DNA of 64,000 bases from Squalus acanthias (lineage: Eukaryota): contig CM059432.1 in the NCBI GenBank assembly GCA_030390025.1, positions 110,362,001 to 110,426,000 of the forward strand, given 5' to 3'. Below the pieces are notes generated by a model. It saw only the letters and a list, made by a program, of their open reading frames with translations. It was not told the DNA's origin and searched no databases. A program made the position numbers and the translations under genes. Of the stretch, positions 38,001 through 50,338 are shown in pieces (the first letter of the stretch is position 1; the number at the start of each line of letters is the position of its first letter).

Positions 38001-38875
38001 ATAGAAAATTAAAGTCCCCCATGATTATGGCATTACCCTTGATACATGCACCTCTAATTTCCTGATTTATACTCTGCCCGACTCTACAACTACAGTTAAG
38101 GGGTCTATAAATTACTCCCAGCAGTGTTTCTTAGCTCCACCCATATGGATTCTGCATCTTGTTTTTCCGAGCTACGGTCCTTTCTCTCTACTGTCGTGAT
38201 TCCATCCTTTATTATCAGGGTTACCCCATTCCCTCCTTTTCCATTCGGTCTATCTCTTCGAAAAGTCAAGTATCCTGGAATATTTGGTCACTCTGCAACC
38301 ACATCTCCGTAATGGCTATGAAATCAAACCTATTTATTTCTATCTGCGCTATTAGTTCATCTATTTTTGTTGCGAATGCTTCACTTTTTACTATTTTTCC
38401 TCGATATCACCTTAGTCACTGATGTCCTATTACCTTTGTTACTCTCTGTCCCTTCCTGACCCACTCTGCTTATTTTTACCAAAATCACTACTCTGCCTTC
38501 AGCCTTGACATTTCTTACCGCTTTTGAATTTACCCTTTCCTGAATCCTCCCAACCACCCTTCATTATTTTAAAGCCCTATCGACAGCCCTAGTTATTCAA
38601 TTTGCCAGGACACTGGTCCCTGCCTGATTTAAGTGGAGGCCGTCCCAACAGAACAGCTCCCTCTTTCCCCAGTACTGGTGCCAGTGCCCCATGAATTGAA
38701 ACCCCTGCCTCCCACGCCACTCTTTCAGGCACGCATTTAACCTTCTAATCTGCTATCTCTATGCCAATTTCCACGTGACTCAGGTAACAAGCCAGAGATT
38801 ATTACCGGTGAGGTTCTGTGTTTTAATTTTGACCCTAGCTTCTCAAACTCTCAGCAGAACCTCATTCCTAGTTCT
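35043..38875 (-). mobile_element. Decayed CR1 (ORF1 end to 3' tail) with a MITE insertion, an RT deletion and a repeated segment of about 400 bp
   Basis: ORFs 35110-35631, 36684-36905 and 37612-37806; 37020-37410 recurs in diverged form at 37430-37810. Confidence 0.85.
35818..36552. mobile_element. Harbinger-type MITE family D (735 bp)
   Basis: Imperfect TIRs agcccggaatttg / caaattacgggtc; TSD CAC; removing it restores the CR1 sequence ataacttcacatttccc. Confidence 0.8.
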
Positions 38876-38886
38876 GATGGGGAGTC

Positions 38887-39358
38887 AGAAAGAAAGACTT
38901 GCATTTCTATAGCGCCTTACACAGCCACCAGACGTCCCAAAGCGCTTTACAGCCAATGAAGTACTTTTTGAAGTGTAGTCACTGTTGTAATGTAGGAAAC
39001 GCAGCAGCCAACTTGCGCACAGCAAGCTCCCACAAACAGCAATGTGATAATGACCAGATAATCCATTTAAAAAAAAAAATTTTTAAAGTGATGTTGATTG
39101 AGGGATAAATATTGGCCAAGAGGACACCCCTGCTCTTCGAAATAGTGCCATGGAATCTTTTACGTCCACCTCAGAGAGCAGACGGGAGCCTCGGTTTAAT
39201 GTCTCATCCGAAAGATGGCACCTCCAACAGTACAGCGCTCACTCAGTACTGCACTGGAGTGTCAGCCTAGATTCTTGTGCTCAAGTCTCTGGAGTGGGAC
39301 TTGAACCCACAACCTTCTGACTCAGAGGCGAGAGTGCCACCAATTGAGCTACTGGCTG
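38887..39358 (-). mobile_element. Full-length tRNA-derived SINE (probably Deu-domain, SacSINE1-like, with an L2-type tail)
   Basis: Minus-strand A-box TAGCTCAATTGG, B-box GGTTCAAGTCC and tail aagtctttcttt; homologous to 48041-48498. Family name is from memory. Confidence 0.85.
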
Positions 39359-39639
39359 GCACTAAAATAGAAAGAAATCAGAAATTAGAAAGTGAATCAA
39401 ATGTCTTGCAGATTCAGGGGCCAGTAATAAGATAAGTAAAGGGATTTAATTTATACAGTCATCAATTCAGGACTCCTCAAAGCACTTTACACACAATTAA
39501 TTACTTTTGAAGTAGAATCACTAATTGGGTAGGCAATCATTGCAGCCAATTTGCACAGAGCAAGGTCCCACAAAACAGGAATGAGATAAATTACAAAATA
39601 TTTTGGTTTTGGTGGTGTTGGTTGACGAATAAATGAATA

Positions 39640-39920
39640 ACTTCACTTTTGGGACAGAGTAAACAATATTTATTTCCAGAACAAGGGGGCGCAATCGAAA
39701 AATTAGAGCTGGGTCATTTAGTGGTGAAATCAGGAAAGCAAATTTTTACACAAACGGTGGTGGCAATCTGGAACTCCCTCCCCCAATAAAGCTGTGGATG
39801 CTGAGTCAACTGAATTTTTTTGAAAAAGGGAACATAGACGGGCAAATTAGGTTTCGGTACAGATCAGCCATGATCTAACTGAATGGTGGAACAGGCTCAA
39901 GGGGCTGGTTTCTATGTTCT
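39640..39920 (+). mobile_element. Old CR1 3' fragment
   Basis: tctggaactccctcccc...gctgtggatgctg; tail gatcagccatgatctaactgaatgg. Confidence 0.7.
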
Positions 39921-40184
39921 GATTAACCTGTGAAATACCTGAACTGAGTGTTCAATGCTGAGTGGGTGCAAAAAATGGGAAAGTACAGATTTCCCTGTCC
40001 TGATGTCCCTTATTTTGATGGATATACCAATTCATCAATAAATAAAGTTATTTTAGAGGTCCCAACTAATCCTAGATTTCTAAATTTACACCAAATTTAT
40101 CCAATTGTTCGACATTCCAAGCTGATTTAATTTTGTCCATGGCTTAAGTTGATAAGAGAAAATACCCCATCCTTATTTGAGCAT

Positions 40185-40372
40185 ATATCACCTTTCTTTC
40201 ATCCTCACTGGGTCAAAATCCTGGAATTCCCCAACGAGCACCATTATGGGAGTAGCAGTGCCAGAATGACTGCAATGTTTCAAAAAGAGCACCTCAGCGA
40301 GAGAGGGCAGCGAGAGAGGGACAATAAATTCAGCCTTGGCAGCATTACCCACATCCCACGAAGTAGTAAAAA
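40185..40372 (+). mobile_element. Old 3' fragment of the 6151-9400 LINE family
   Basis: gggtcaaaatcctggaattccc...caataaattcagccttggcagcattacccacatccc matches the reverse complement of about 6165-6335. Confidence 0.7.
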
Positions 40373-40956
40373 ATGTTGATGGAGACCACGTTTTATCCAT
40401 AAATCAGATAGACCGAATGTTTGTACACTGAACAGGTATTGTGGGGGGGACAATTTGCACAATGGCACCAGGAAGCAACAATGACTCAGTCAGCAGGAGC
40501 CTTAAATGGGTTTTTGAAGTTGGGACACAAACTTTCAAACTGTGACCCAAGGGTTAAAAAAAAAATCAGACCCTACAAATTTTGTACAGAACAGTATGTA
40601 GAAGGGAGCAATTACTGGACTGCAAATCTAATCCAAGTTCAGGTAACGACTGGGTTTATTTTTCAGTTGCTGATAGTCAAGCAACATAGGACTGTTCTTC
40701 AGACTAATCAAATCCCATATAGAACAAAATCAGAGACGCAATATATAAATGCACATTCCTATACCTATAGGGATCTATTTAGACAGCTTTGTACTGTGAT
40801 TGGATTGAGTCATGGGCTCCAAAACACAAAACTGAGGAAGAGTGAAATATATTGCATCAGATGCCTCCTTCAACAGGGGAGAGATACAAAAGGAAAACAT
40901 TTTAAATAAATGGCTTGGAACATCAAACCACCAAATAATTATCCGACTAACCCTTG

Positions 40957-41390
40957 AACATAAGAATTAGGAACAGGAGTCGGCCATACGGCCCTTCGAG
41001 CCTGCTCCGCTATTCAATAAGTTCATGGCTGATCTTCGACCTCAGCTCCACTTTCCCATCTGATCTCCAGATCCCTTGATTCCCCTAGAGTCCAGAAATC
41101 TATCTATCTCAGCCTTGAATATACTCAAAGACTCTGCATTCACAACCCTTTGGGGCAGAGAATTCCAAAGATTCACAACCCTCTGAGTGAAGAAATTCCT
41201 CCTCATCTCAGTCTTAAATGGCCTACCCCTTATCCTGAGACTATGCCCCCTAGTTCTAGACTCCCCAGCCAGGGGAAACAACCTCTCAGCATCTACCCTG
41301 TCAATCCCCTTCAGAATCTTGTATGTTTCAATGAGATCACCTCTCATTCTTCTAAACTGCAGAGAGTATCGGCCCATTCTACACAATCTC
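40957..41390 (-). mobile_element. CR1 3' fragment
   Basis: ORF 41042-41386 contains RRMRGDLIETYKIL. Confidence 0.9.
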
Positions 41391-42080
41391 TCACAGCTTA
41401 GTAAAATTGCTGCTTTAATACAATGAGAAATTCTGGTAAAATGACTAACTCCTGACCCAACTCATATTGTCAAGGTCAAATACAGCTGTTGCAATATGTT
41501 TGTGAAAGTAAATAGTCATAAAATATTTCTTAAAATACAAATCCATTAAAAGAAACAGTTTGCCCCAGCCTGCCATACTATGTCGCAACTAATCGGCACG
41601 TGTGCTATGCTGTGGATTCCCCTTGTGTTACTGTATTCGCAGGAAAGAGTCTTTTTTTTTTTAAATACCAGCTGGTATAATCGTTTGTAAATTGCTCAAT
41701 AAAAGAGATAAACACTGTTAGGGAGAGAAAGAGCCTCGGAGGATCTCACCTGCCACCTGAAATCCACACATCACTTAGGAGTAACCAGGCATCTCCTAAC
41801 CTGACTGCAACTTACCACAGGGTCATTTCAAGAGCACTCCACAGACACAAAACAGGCTCCATTTTCTGCAAGTACTGGGAATTGGAGGTCGGCTGCACCA
41901 GGGCACCAGGGTTTGCAGTCCAGGCTGAGGAGGTCCCTCAGCACAGTGATGGCACTGCTTGGTGGGGGCAGAGGAGGGGCTCAGAGATCGGTGACTGAAA
42001 TGGGTCCCTCCCCCCAGTTCAGCGGGTCTCCCCCAACGGTAGAAGAACGTGAAGGAGCCCTCAACCATCAGCTCACTCAC

Positions 42081-42160
42081 CGTGTATTCAATGGTCCCTT
42101 TGGGCTTCTGGAAAGACATCCGCCGCGCATCCTTCTTCTCCTGGGGCTTCTGGCCGGTAT
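42081..42160 (-). CDS. OXR1: Internal coding exon of oxidation resistance protein 1 (OXR1) or a close paralogue; encodes the segment just before the LysM domain
   Basis: Translates as (D)TGQKPQEKKDARRMSFQKPKGTIEYT, matching my recollection of human OXR1 DTGQKKTLDKKDGRRMSFQKPKGTIEYT. Acceptor ctgctttcAG at 42161-42170 and donor GTGAGT at 42075-42080 on the minus strand; 80 nt, phase 1 in and phase 0 out. No neighbouring exons found in the window. Confidence 0.87.
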
Positions 42161-42889
42161 CTGAAAGCAGACGAGGTAAGGTGCGCGTTAGTTCCATGCT
42201 CTCTCCCCCACGGCTGCTCGCAAGGCTCCTGAAGCCGGCTGGGCTGAGGGACAAGCTCATTTGTCTGCCAACTCACTCAGAGGCAGTGCCTCTGGGTCCA
42301 GAGAGATAATCAAATGGCACTTTCCTTCTCCCAATCTCCTGCTCACTGGGACCTCAGTTTACAGCGTTTAAACAGGCATTAAAAATGCCCACCAGTCAGC
42401 ATTGGAGGAGCCCGATCAATGCTGAAGGGGTTTACCATCATTACCAATGCACGATTGATTTTAATCCACTCTCCATCGGCAAGCTGCGCTTCAGCAGGAG
42501 AGGCGCATTCCAGGGCTTAACCCTTGCAGCCCTGCAGCCCGGACCCAGCATCTGCTCTGCTGCACCAGGGCACTGCAGGTGGAGCAGCACACTTCTCCTT
42601 TGTAAACCGATACCATGTCCTGTGCTGAAGGTGCAGCCTTGATTTAGAAAAGGACCTACTCTTCCCAGTCATCATACAAGGAAAATCCCCACAACTAAAG
42701 GTATTATTTAAAAAATCTAAATGGATTAACCTATCCCACTTCCGAGAGGCGCTTTACATTAGCGCTCTGCAAACAAAGAAATGGTCCATCCATGTATAAT
42801 ATGATGGAAAGTAGGTCACTTATGACATCACCATTGTGATCACAATGGCACACACCTCATCCCCATGATGGGCAAGTCATATCCAAACA

Positions 42890-43368
42890 ACCTAGTCGAG
42901 GGGGTGCAGCGCAGATTCACCAGAATGATACCGGGGCTAAAAGGGTTAAATTATGAGGTTGGTTGCATAGACTAGGCTTGTATTCGCCGGAGTATAGAAG
43001 ATTAAGGGTGATCTAATTGAGGTGTTCACGTCGATTAAAAGGAGCTGATGGGGTAGATAGAGAGGAACTACATCCCTGGTGGGAGAATCCAGACAAAGGG
43101 GCATAACCTTAAAATTGGAGCTAGGCCATTCAGGGGTGATGTCAAGAAGCACTTCTTCACACAAAGGGTAGTGGAAATCTGGAACTCTCTCCCCAAAAAG
43201 CTGTTGATGCTAGGCTAATTGAAAATTTTTAAAATTAGAGCAATAGATTTTTGTTTGGGTTATAGAACCAAAGCGGGTAGATGGAGTGAAGATACAGATC
43301 AGCCCTGATCTAATTGAATGGTGGAACAGGCTAGAGGGGCTGAATGGCCCACTCCTGTTCCTATGCTC
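42890..43368 (+). mobile_element. CR1 3' fragment
   Basis: gtgcagcgcagattcaccagaatgataccgggg followed by the typical tail. Confidence 0.8.
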
Positions 43369-43829
43369 CTTCCTGTGGCCCTTTTTTGGGGGGATTCTCA
43401 GCTCAGAAAAGGGGATTGATTAATAGGTAATCATTTTATTTGGTTGACCAACAAGAACATTTAATTATGGAAACAAAAAAGGGAATTATCAGTGGATAAA
43501 GAGTTCAATCTGAAGACAATGAGCTTGATGATGTGCACGGATGTCAAATGGCTGATTGGCTGACACATAGACCAAGGTTTGTCATGTTATATCAGATCTA
43601 AAGAGAGGTCAATCAGCCTCCATCATGGGGAAAAACCCACATTCCAAAGGCTATACACACAGTTTGGGCATTGGGATTACTGAGCAAGTCCTTTTCTTTG
43701 AAATTTGTTCATTTTAAAAACATTTCCAGAGAAAAAAGGGATTCAGCCCTTCAGTACATCCTGAACACAGATCCTTTTGGGCAAGGTTGTTGTCATGACG
43801 AACTTGGTCATTAAGCATTAGCCACTGGT

Positions 43830-44075
43830 TTGAGGGGAAATTTCTTCACCCAGAGGGTTGTGGGGGTCTGGAACTCATTGCCTGAAAGGGTGGTACAGGC
43901 AAGAACCCTAACCACATTTAAAAAGTACTTGGATGTGCACTTAGGATGCTCTAACCTGCAGGGCTACGGACCAAGAGCTGGGAAGTGGGATTAGGCTGGA
44001 TAGCTCTTTGTTGGCCGACGCAGACATGATGGGCCAAAATGGCCTCCTTCCGTGCTGTAACTTTCTATGATTCTA
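43830..44075 (+). mobile_element. CR1 3' fragment
   Basis: Near-identical to the reverse complement of about 3493-3735. Confidence 0.85.
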
Positions 44076-44787
44076 ATAGTGACCATTAGATGTCAGTATG
44101 ACTGTACGTGTGTGATTGTCTACAAGACACTGACTGCCCAAACAGATCCTTTTAAATGAGGAAATCATCTGGATTTGGACAAGGCATATGCACAAAATAA
44201 TTATTTCAGTGAATCTTTCACCCTGTGGTGAACCTCATTGCCTTCAGTAGGAATTCTTGTTCTCTCTTCAGTTGCAGCACTTTAGTATAAATGAGACAGA
44301 CTGGAATCAAAGTTCTGTTAATGGCAAAGATCTTCTGTGATGATGCAAGTAACCTCTGGCTGCCCCAGTGTGCGCCCGACTGACCTTAGAACAAGATTAC
44401 ACAGTGTCTACTGGTTCGCCTATACTTTCCACAACTGGTGGAAACTGCAGGACACATTCTGTTTAATAAACGAGAGAGCGACACACACTAGAGATAGAGC
44501 AGCCCGCTTGATTGGCAACCCATTCACCCCTTAAACATTCACACCCTCCACCACCGGCAGACTGTGGCTGCAATGTGTACCATCTACATGACCAGGAATG
44601 GCAGATGGTAAAGATTTTGCTGGGGACAAGGGCATCAATGGTCAAGCGGAGGGAGTGGTTAGGCAAGCCAACAACTGAAGGGGAATTGTGGCAAATGGAG
44701 GGCCAAAGGCTCAGCAGTTGGGAGTTTGAAAGTGCAGTTGTAAGCGACTTGTAGGGGGGCAGTGGGTGGACACAGAGCAGAGAGGGG

Positions 44788-47268
44788 TTGGAAGTGGCAG
44801 GGGGTTGTGGGTGGTGAGTGATACAAGGAAGTAACTGGAGATGACCTTACTGTTCGGATGGGATAGTTTTTGCACAGTGTGCGCAGGAGGGTTTCCTGAC
44901 ACAATATGTGGATAGGCCGACAAGAGGTGGGGCCACATTGGATTTGGTACTGGGTAATGAACCGGGCCAAGTGTTTGATTTGTATGTGGGAGAGCACTTT
45001 GGAGATAGTGACCACAATTCGGTGACTTTCACTATTGCAATGGAGAGGGATAGGGCCATAGGGCAGGGTTTATAATTGGGGGAGGGGTAATTATGATGCG
45101 ATTAGGCAAGAATTAGGGAGCATAAGATGGGAACAGAAACTATCAGGGAAAGGCACAAACGAAAAGTGGAGCTTTTTCATGGAGCAATTACTGCGTGTCC
45201 TTGATAGGTATGTCCCTGTCAGGCAGGGAGGAAATGGCCGAGTGAGAGAACCATGGTTCACAAAAGAGGTTGAATGTCTAGTCAAGAGGAAAAAGGAAGC
45301 GTATGTAAGGATGAGAAAACAAGGTTCAGTTGGGTCGATTGAGGGGTACAAGGTAGCAAGGAATGAGCTAAAAAAAGAGCTTAGCAGAGCTAGGAGGGGG
45401 CATGAGAAGTCCTTGGCGGGTCGGATCAAGGAAAACCCCAAGGCTTTTTACTCTTATGTGAGAAATAAAAGAATGACCAGGGTGAGGGTAGGGCCGGTCA
45501 AGGACAGTAGTGGGAACTTGTGCATGGAGTCAGAAGAGATAGGAGAGGTGATGAATGAATACTTTTCGTCAGTGTTCACCGAGGAGAGGGGCCATGTTTT
45601 TGAGGATGAGAGTGTGATAAAGGTGGATAGGCTGGAGGAGGTAGATGTTCTGAGGGAAGATGTTTTAGCAATTTTGAAGAACCTGAGGGTCGATAAGTCC
45701 TCTGGGCCAGATGGGATATATCCTAGGATTCTTTGGGAGGCAAGGGAGGAGATTGCAGAGCCTTTGGCTTTGATCTTTGGGTCCTCACTGTCCACGGGGA
45801 TGGTGCCAGAGGACCGGAGAGTGGCGAATGTTGTTCCTCTCTTCAAGAAAGGAAATAGGAATGACCCTGGTAATTATAGGCCGGTTAGTCTTACTTCGGT
45901 GGTTGGTAAGATAATGGAAAAGGTCCTGAGGGATAGGATTTATGACCATTTGGAAAGATGCAACTTAATCCGGGATAGTCAACACAGATTCGTGAAGGGT
46001 AAGTCTTGCCTAACAAATTTGATTGAATTCTTTGAGGAGGTAACTAAGTGTGTAGATGAAGGTAGAGCAGTTGATGTCGTATACATGGATTTTAGTAAGG
46101 CGTTTGATAAGGTTCCCCATGGTCGGCTCATGAAGAAAGTAAGGAGTTGTGGGATAGAGGGAAATTTGGCCGATTGGATAAGTAACTGGCTATCTCATAG
46201 AAGGCAGAGGGTGGTGGTGGATGGAAAATTTTCGGACTGGAGACCAGTTACCAGCGGTGTGCCACAGGGGTCGGTGCTGGGTCCTCTGCGGTTTGTGATT
46301 TTTATCAATGACTTGAAGGAGGGGACTGAAGGGTGGATCAGTAAATTTGCTGATGACACCAAGATTGGTGGAGTAGTGGATGAGGTGGAGGGCTGTTGTA
46401 GGCTGCAAAGAGACATTGATAGGATGCAGAGCTGGGCCGAAAAATGGCAGATGGAATTTAACCCTGATAAGTGCGAGGTGATTCATTTTGGCAGGGCAAA
46501 TTTGAATAAGGATTACAGGGTCAATGGCAGGGTTCTGAGGAACGTGGAGGAACAGAGGGATCTGGGGGTTCATATCCACAGATCTCTGAAGGTTGCCACT
46601 CAAGTGGATAGAGCAGTAAAGAAGGCCTATAGTGTGTTAGCGTTTATTAACAAGGGGTTTGAGTTTAAGAACCGTGAGGTTATGCTGCAACTGTACAGGA
46701 CCTTGGTGAGACCACATTTGGAATAGTGTGTGCAGTTCTGGTCACCTCACTATAGGAAGGACGTGGAAGCATTGGAAAGAGTGCAAAGGAGATTTACCAG
46801 GATGCTGCCTGGTTTGGGGGGGGGGGGGGGGGGGGGGGGGGAGGTCTTATGAGGAAAGATTGAGGGAGCTAGGGCTTTTCTCTTTAGAGCGGAGGAGGAT
46901 GAGAGGCGACTTAATAGAGGTTTATAAGATGATGAGGGGGATAGATAGAGTGGATGTTCAGAGACTATTTCCTCGGGTAGAGGCAGCTGTTACAAGGGGG
47001 CATAACTATAAGGTGCATGGGGGGAGATATAGAAGGGATGTCCGAGGTAGATTCTTTACTCAGAGAGTGGTTGGGGTGTGGAATGGACTGCCTGCTGTGA
47101 TAGTGGAGTCGGACACTTTAGGAACTTTCAAGCGGTTATTGGATAAGCACATGGAGCACACCAGAATGATAGGGAGTGGGATAGCTTGATCTTGGTTTCG
47201 GACAATGCTCGGCACAACATCGAGGGCCGAAGGGCCTGTACTGTGCTGTACTGTTCTATGTTCTATGA
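44788..47268 (+). mobile_element. Young CR1 (APE end, RT and tail)
   Basis: 515-aa ORF 45179-46726; stop at 46724; G-run at 46816-46841; tail gttctatgttctatg. 5' boundary approximate. Confidence 0.93.
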
Positions 47269-49020
47269 TTGGGACTACAGGAGTAGAGAGGTCACAGGAG
47301 ATGGTGAGGTCAAAGGGGTGGGTGGGGGAATTTCTATGGAGTCAGAGGTTTAGGAAGGATAAGAGGCAAGGGAGATAGACATTGAAATTGAGAATCAATT
47401 ATTAGTGCAGATGCGGAGAGGGTATCTCGGGAGAAACCCAGGTGCAGCTTTGGAGGGTGGAGGGGGAGGGGGTGTGGCCAACAGAGAGGATTTTAAAGGA
47501 TAGATGAAGGGGATGGGGGGGGGGGGGGGGGAAGAAACAGGGCGAGGTGCTTTAAGGAAGAGAAGGTGCCAGAGGAGTCAAGGGAGAGACGAACTGTGAC
47601 TTGGTGATAAGGGCCATACTGCTACTGTGGCTGTTTGGGCAGGGCAGGTGGTTGAAAGTGTAGCCAGATGGGAAGGCTTCAGTTAAGGGGCAAGATGTCA
47701 CCACCCAAAAAGCCAGAACAGAAATGCAATCATCCACACGAAGGTCATGGATGGGAACAGCTTTGTTTGCGAGTGAAGAGATGTCTGGAGGAAAATGTGG
47801 AGAGGGGCAGTGATTGTTGATCCACTGGTACAGTCCAGAGTCTAAGGTCGCAGTGGTGGCTGGGGTGAGTGGGGCATAAAGCAAGTTGAGGAGATTAGCC
47901 CCAAGCTGGCATACTGGGTGGGAATGTCAGCCAGACAGAAGGATGGCACACTTGGGATTGCTGCTTGTAAGCAGGCTGGAGCAATAGGCACCTTAATGGG
48001 CCTTTCAGAGAATGCCAAGAGAGCCAGAGGGTAGTAGTGTCAGTCGTGGCTCAGTGGGTAGCACCCTCGCCTCCGAGTCTGAAGGTTGTGGGTTCAAGTC
48101 CCACTCCAGAGGCTGGAGCACAAAAATCTAGGCTGACATTCCAGTGCAGTGCTGAGGGAGTGCTGCACTGTCGGAGGTGCCGTCTTTCGGATGAGACAAA
48201 CTGAGGTCCCGTCTGCTCTCAGGTGGGCGTAAAAGATCCCATGGCACTATTTCGAAGAGCAGGGGAGTTATCCCCGGTGTCCTTGCCAATATTTAGCCCT
48301 CAACCAACATAACAAAAAACAGATTATCTGGACATTATCACATTCCTGTTTGTGGGATCTTGCTGTGCACAAATTGGCTGCCGACTTTCCTACATTACAA
48401 CAGTGACTACACTTCAAAAAGTACTTCATTGGCTGCAAAGCACTTTGGGACGTCCAGTGGTCACGAAAGGCGCTATATAAATGCAAGTCTTTCTTTCTAG
48501 GAAAGCAGAGGAGCAGTAATGGTTTGTGGTAGAGGGGCAAAATATAGGAGGGGAGCAATGAAAGATGGCACAGCTGGGTGACAGAGGGAAGGAGAGGAAA
48601 GGAGGGGCCAGGAGAAACAAAGGGAGATAGACAAAATAGGCTCAGGTCGGGAGCAGCAGCCAAAATGCACACTCAAACAAACAAAAGGTTACATAGGTGT
48701 GCAAAGATAATGTGGTTGTAAACAGAGGATAAAGTTAAGTCTGGGGCCCTGTGGTGGGATAAGCCACCTGGACGACACAGGATCAGTGCAGATCAGGGAG
48801 CTGGTGCAAGGAGCAGCTGCAAGGCGGCAAGGAGCTAATAAAACTGGCAGTAGCAGCAGCCGGGGCTTGAGGAGCTGGCCCAACCCAGTCCAATGAAGGG
48901 TGATGGAGGTGTTCTGAAGGACAAGTGGAGTCGAGCAGAGCCAGCAAGAAGCAAACTGATAGCAGCATAGGAAAGAATATTCAGCAGCATCCGCAGTAGG
49001 AGTGGGAACCAGAATAAGAG
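47269..49020 (-). mobile_element. Decayed L2-type LINE 5'/APE region containing the SINE at 48041-48498
   Basis: PLTEAFPSGYTFNHLPCPN...ALITK matches the APE at 12780-12910; 48645-48672 matches 51367-51395 in reverse. Confidence 0.65.
48041..48498 (+). mobile_element. Full-length tRNA-derived SINE
   Basis: A-box TGGCTCAGTGGG (48047-48058), B-box GGTTCAAGTCC (48091-48101), tail aaggcgctatataaatgcaagtctttctttct. Confidence 0.9.
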
Positions 49021-49539
49021 AGATGGGTCAGATATCAAGTTAATTGGCAAAAACACCCAGCGTCTGCTTTAACGAGGAGATACTAATTCAGCTGCAGCAT
49101 GCGCCCAGCTATTTTTTTGAAAAACAGAAACAGCTGTGTGTCCTAGCAGGAGATCCCTGATGGTGCAGCACATCAGACAACGAGCTTATGACTGCTGGCT
49201 TGCATTCTGACACCTGTCCGATATGAATTCTCAAAATGAAACATCCTTGTGCAAAGTATGCATAATTTGCCTCGCAGAGTTCAAAGGGTTACTAGGAATC
49301 AAACCAGATGGCAACTTTGCATTCCATGCTACCAAAACATGAGCTTCCCTGTGAGAACTGTTGACTGAAATGTCTCAAAAATTCCACACTGTTGACTTAA
49401 AGATTTTAAATTTAAGAAACTCTCATGATCTAAAATGGGAGTGTCCCGAGGTTGTTTTCAGCATTAGGTACAATTACTAATGGACATACTGAAATGATTG
49501 TTATTGCTGTTGTTCACAATTTAGACTTTGGTAAGAAAC

Positions 49540-50300
49540 AATTTACATTTTGGTAAGAAAAATAAAGAGGTCACACATTACATGGAAAATAAGAAGCTAA
49601 ATGGGGTAGAGGAGCAAATGGATCTCCCAGTACAGATACACAAATCACTGAAAGTAACGATGCAGGTTAATAAGGCCATTAAAAAAGCAAACCAAGCACT
49701 AGGGTTAATTTCTAGAGGGAGAGAATTGAAAAGTAGTGAAGTTATGCTAAACCTGTATCGAACGTTGGTTAGACCACACTTGGAGTACTGCGTGCAGTTC
49801 TGGTCGCCATATTATAAAAAGTATATAGAGGCACTGGAGAGTGTGCAGAGATTTACAAGGATGATACCAGAAATGCGAGGGTACACCTATCAAGAAAGGA
49901 TGAACAGGCTGGGCCTCTTTTCTCTTGAAAAAGGCGGCTGAGGGGTGACCTAATAGAGGTCTTTAAAATTATGAAAGGTTTTGATTGAGTGGATACAGAG
50001 AGAATGTTTCCACTTGTGGGGTAGAGCATAACTAGAGGCCATCAATATAAGATAGTCACCAAGAAATCAAATAGGGAATTCAGAAGAAACTTCTTTACCC
50101 AGAGAATGGTGAGAATGTGGAACTCACTCCGTTGAAGCGAATAGTATAGATGCATTTAAGGGGAAGCTCGATAAGCATGTGAGGAAGAAGAGAATAGAGG
50201 GTTATGCCGGAAGGATGGGAGGAGGCTCAAGTGGAGCATAAACACCGGCATGGACTAGATGGGCTGAATGGCCTGATTCTGTGCTGTATATTCTATGTAA
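49540..50300 (+). mobile_element. CR1 3' fragment
   Basis: ORF 49528-49941 contains LYRTLVRPHLEYCVQFWSP. Confidence 0.9.
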
Positions 50301-50338
50301 AAGGGGGTACAGTAGCTGAACTGTAGGGGTTTAGAGGG

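Noticed and set aside
41823..42260. 145-aa ORF as a complete gene
   Set aside because: Only 42081-42160 resembles OXR1 and it is bounded by splice sites; the rest is intron read-through.
48041..48115. tRNA gene
   Set aside because: The A and B boxes belong to a SINE head followed by a SINE body; the same applies at 39290-39358.
49085..49140. MEF2 plus E-box muscle enhancer
   Set aside because: ctatttttttg does not fit the MEF2 consensus, and E-boxes alone are uninformative.
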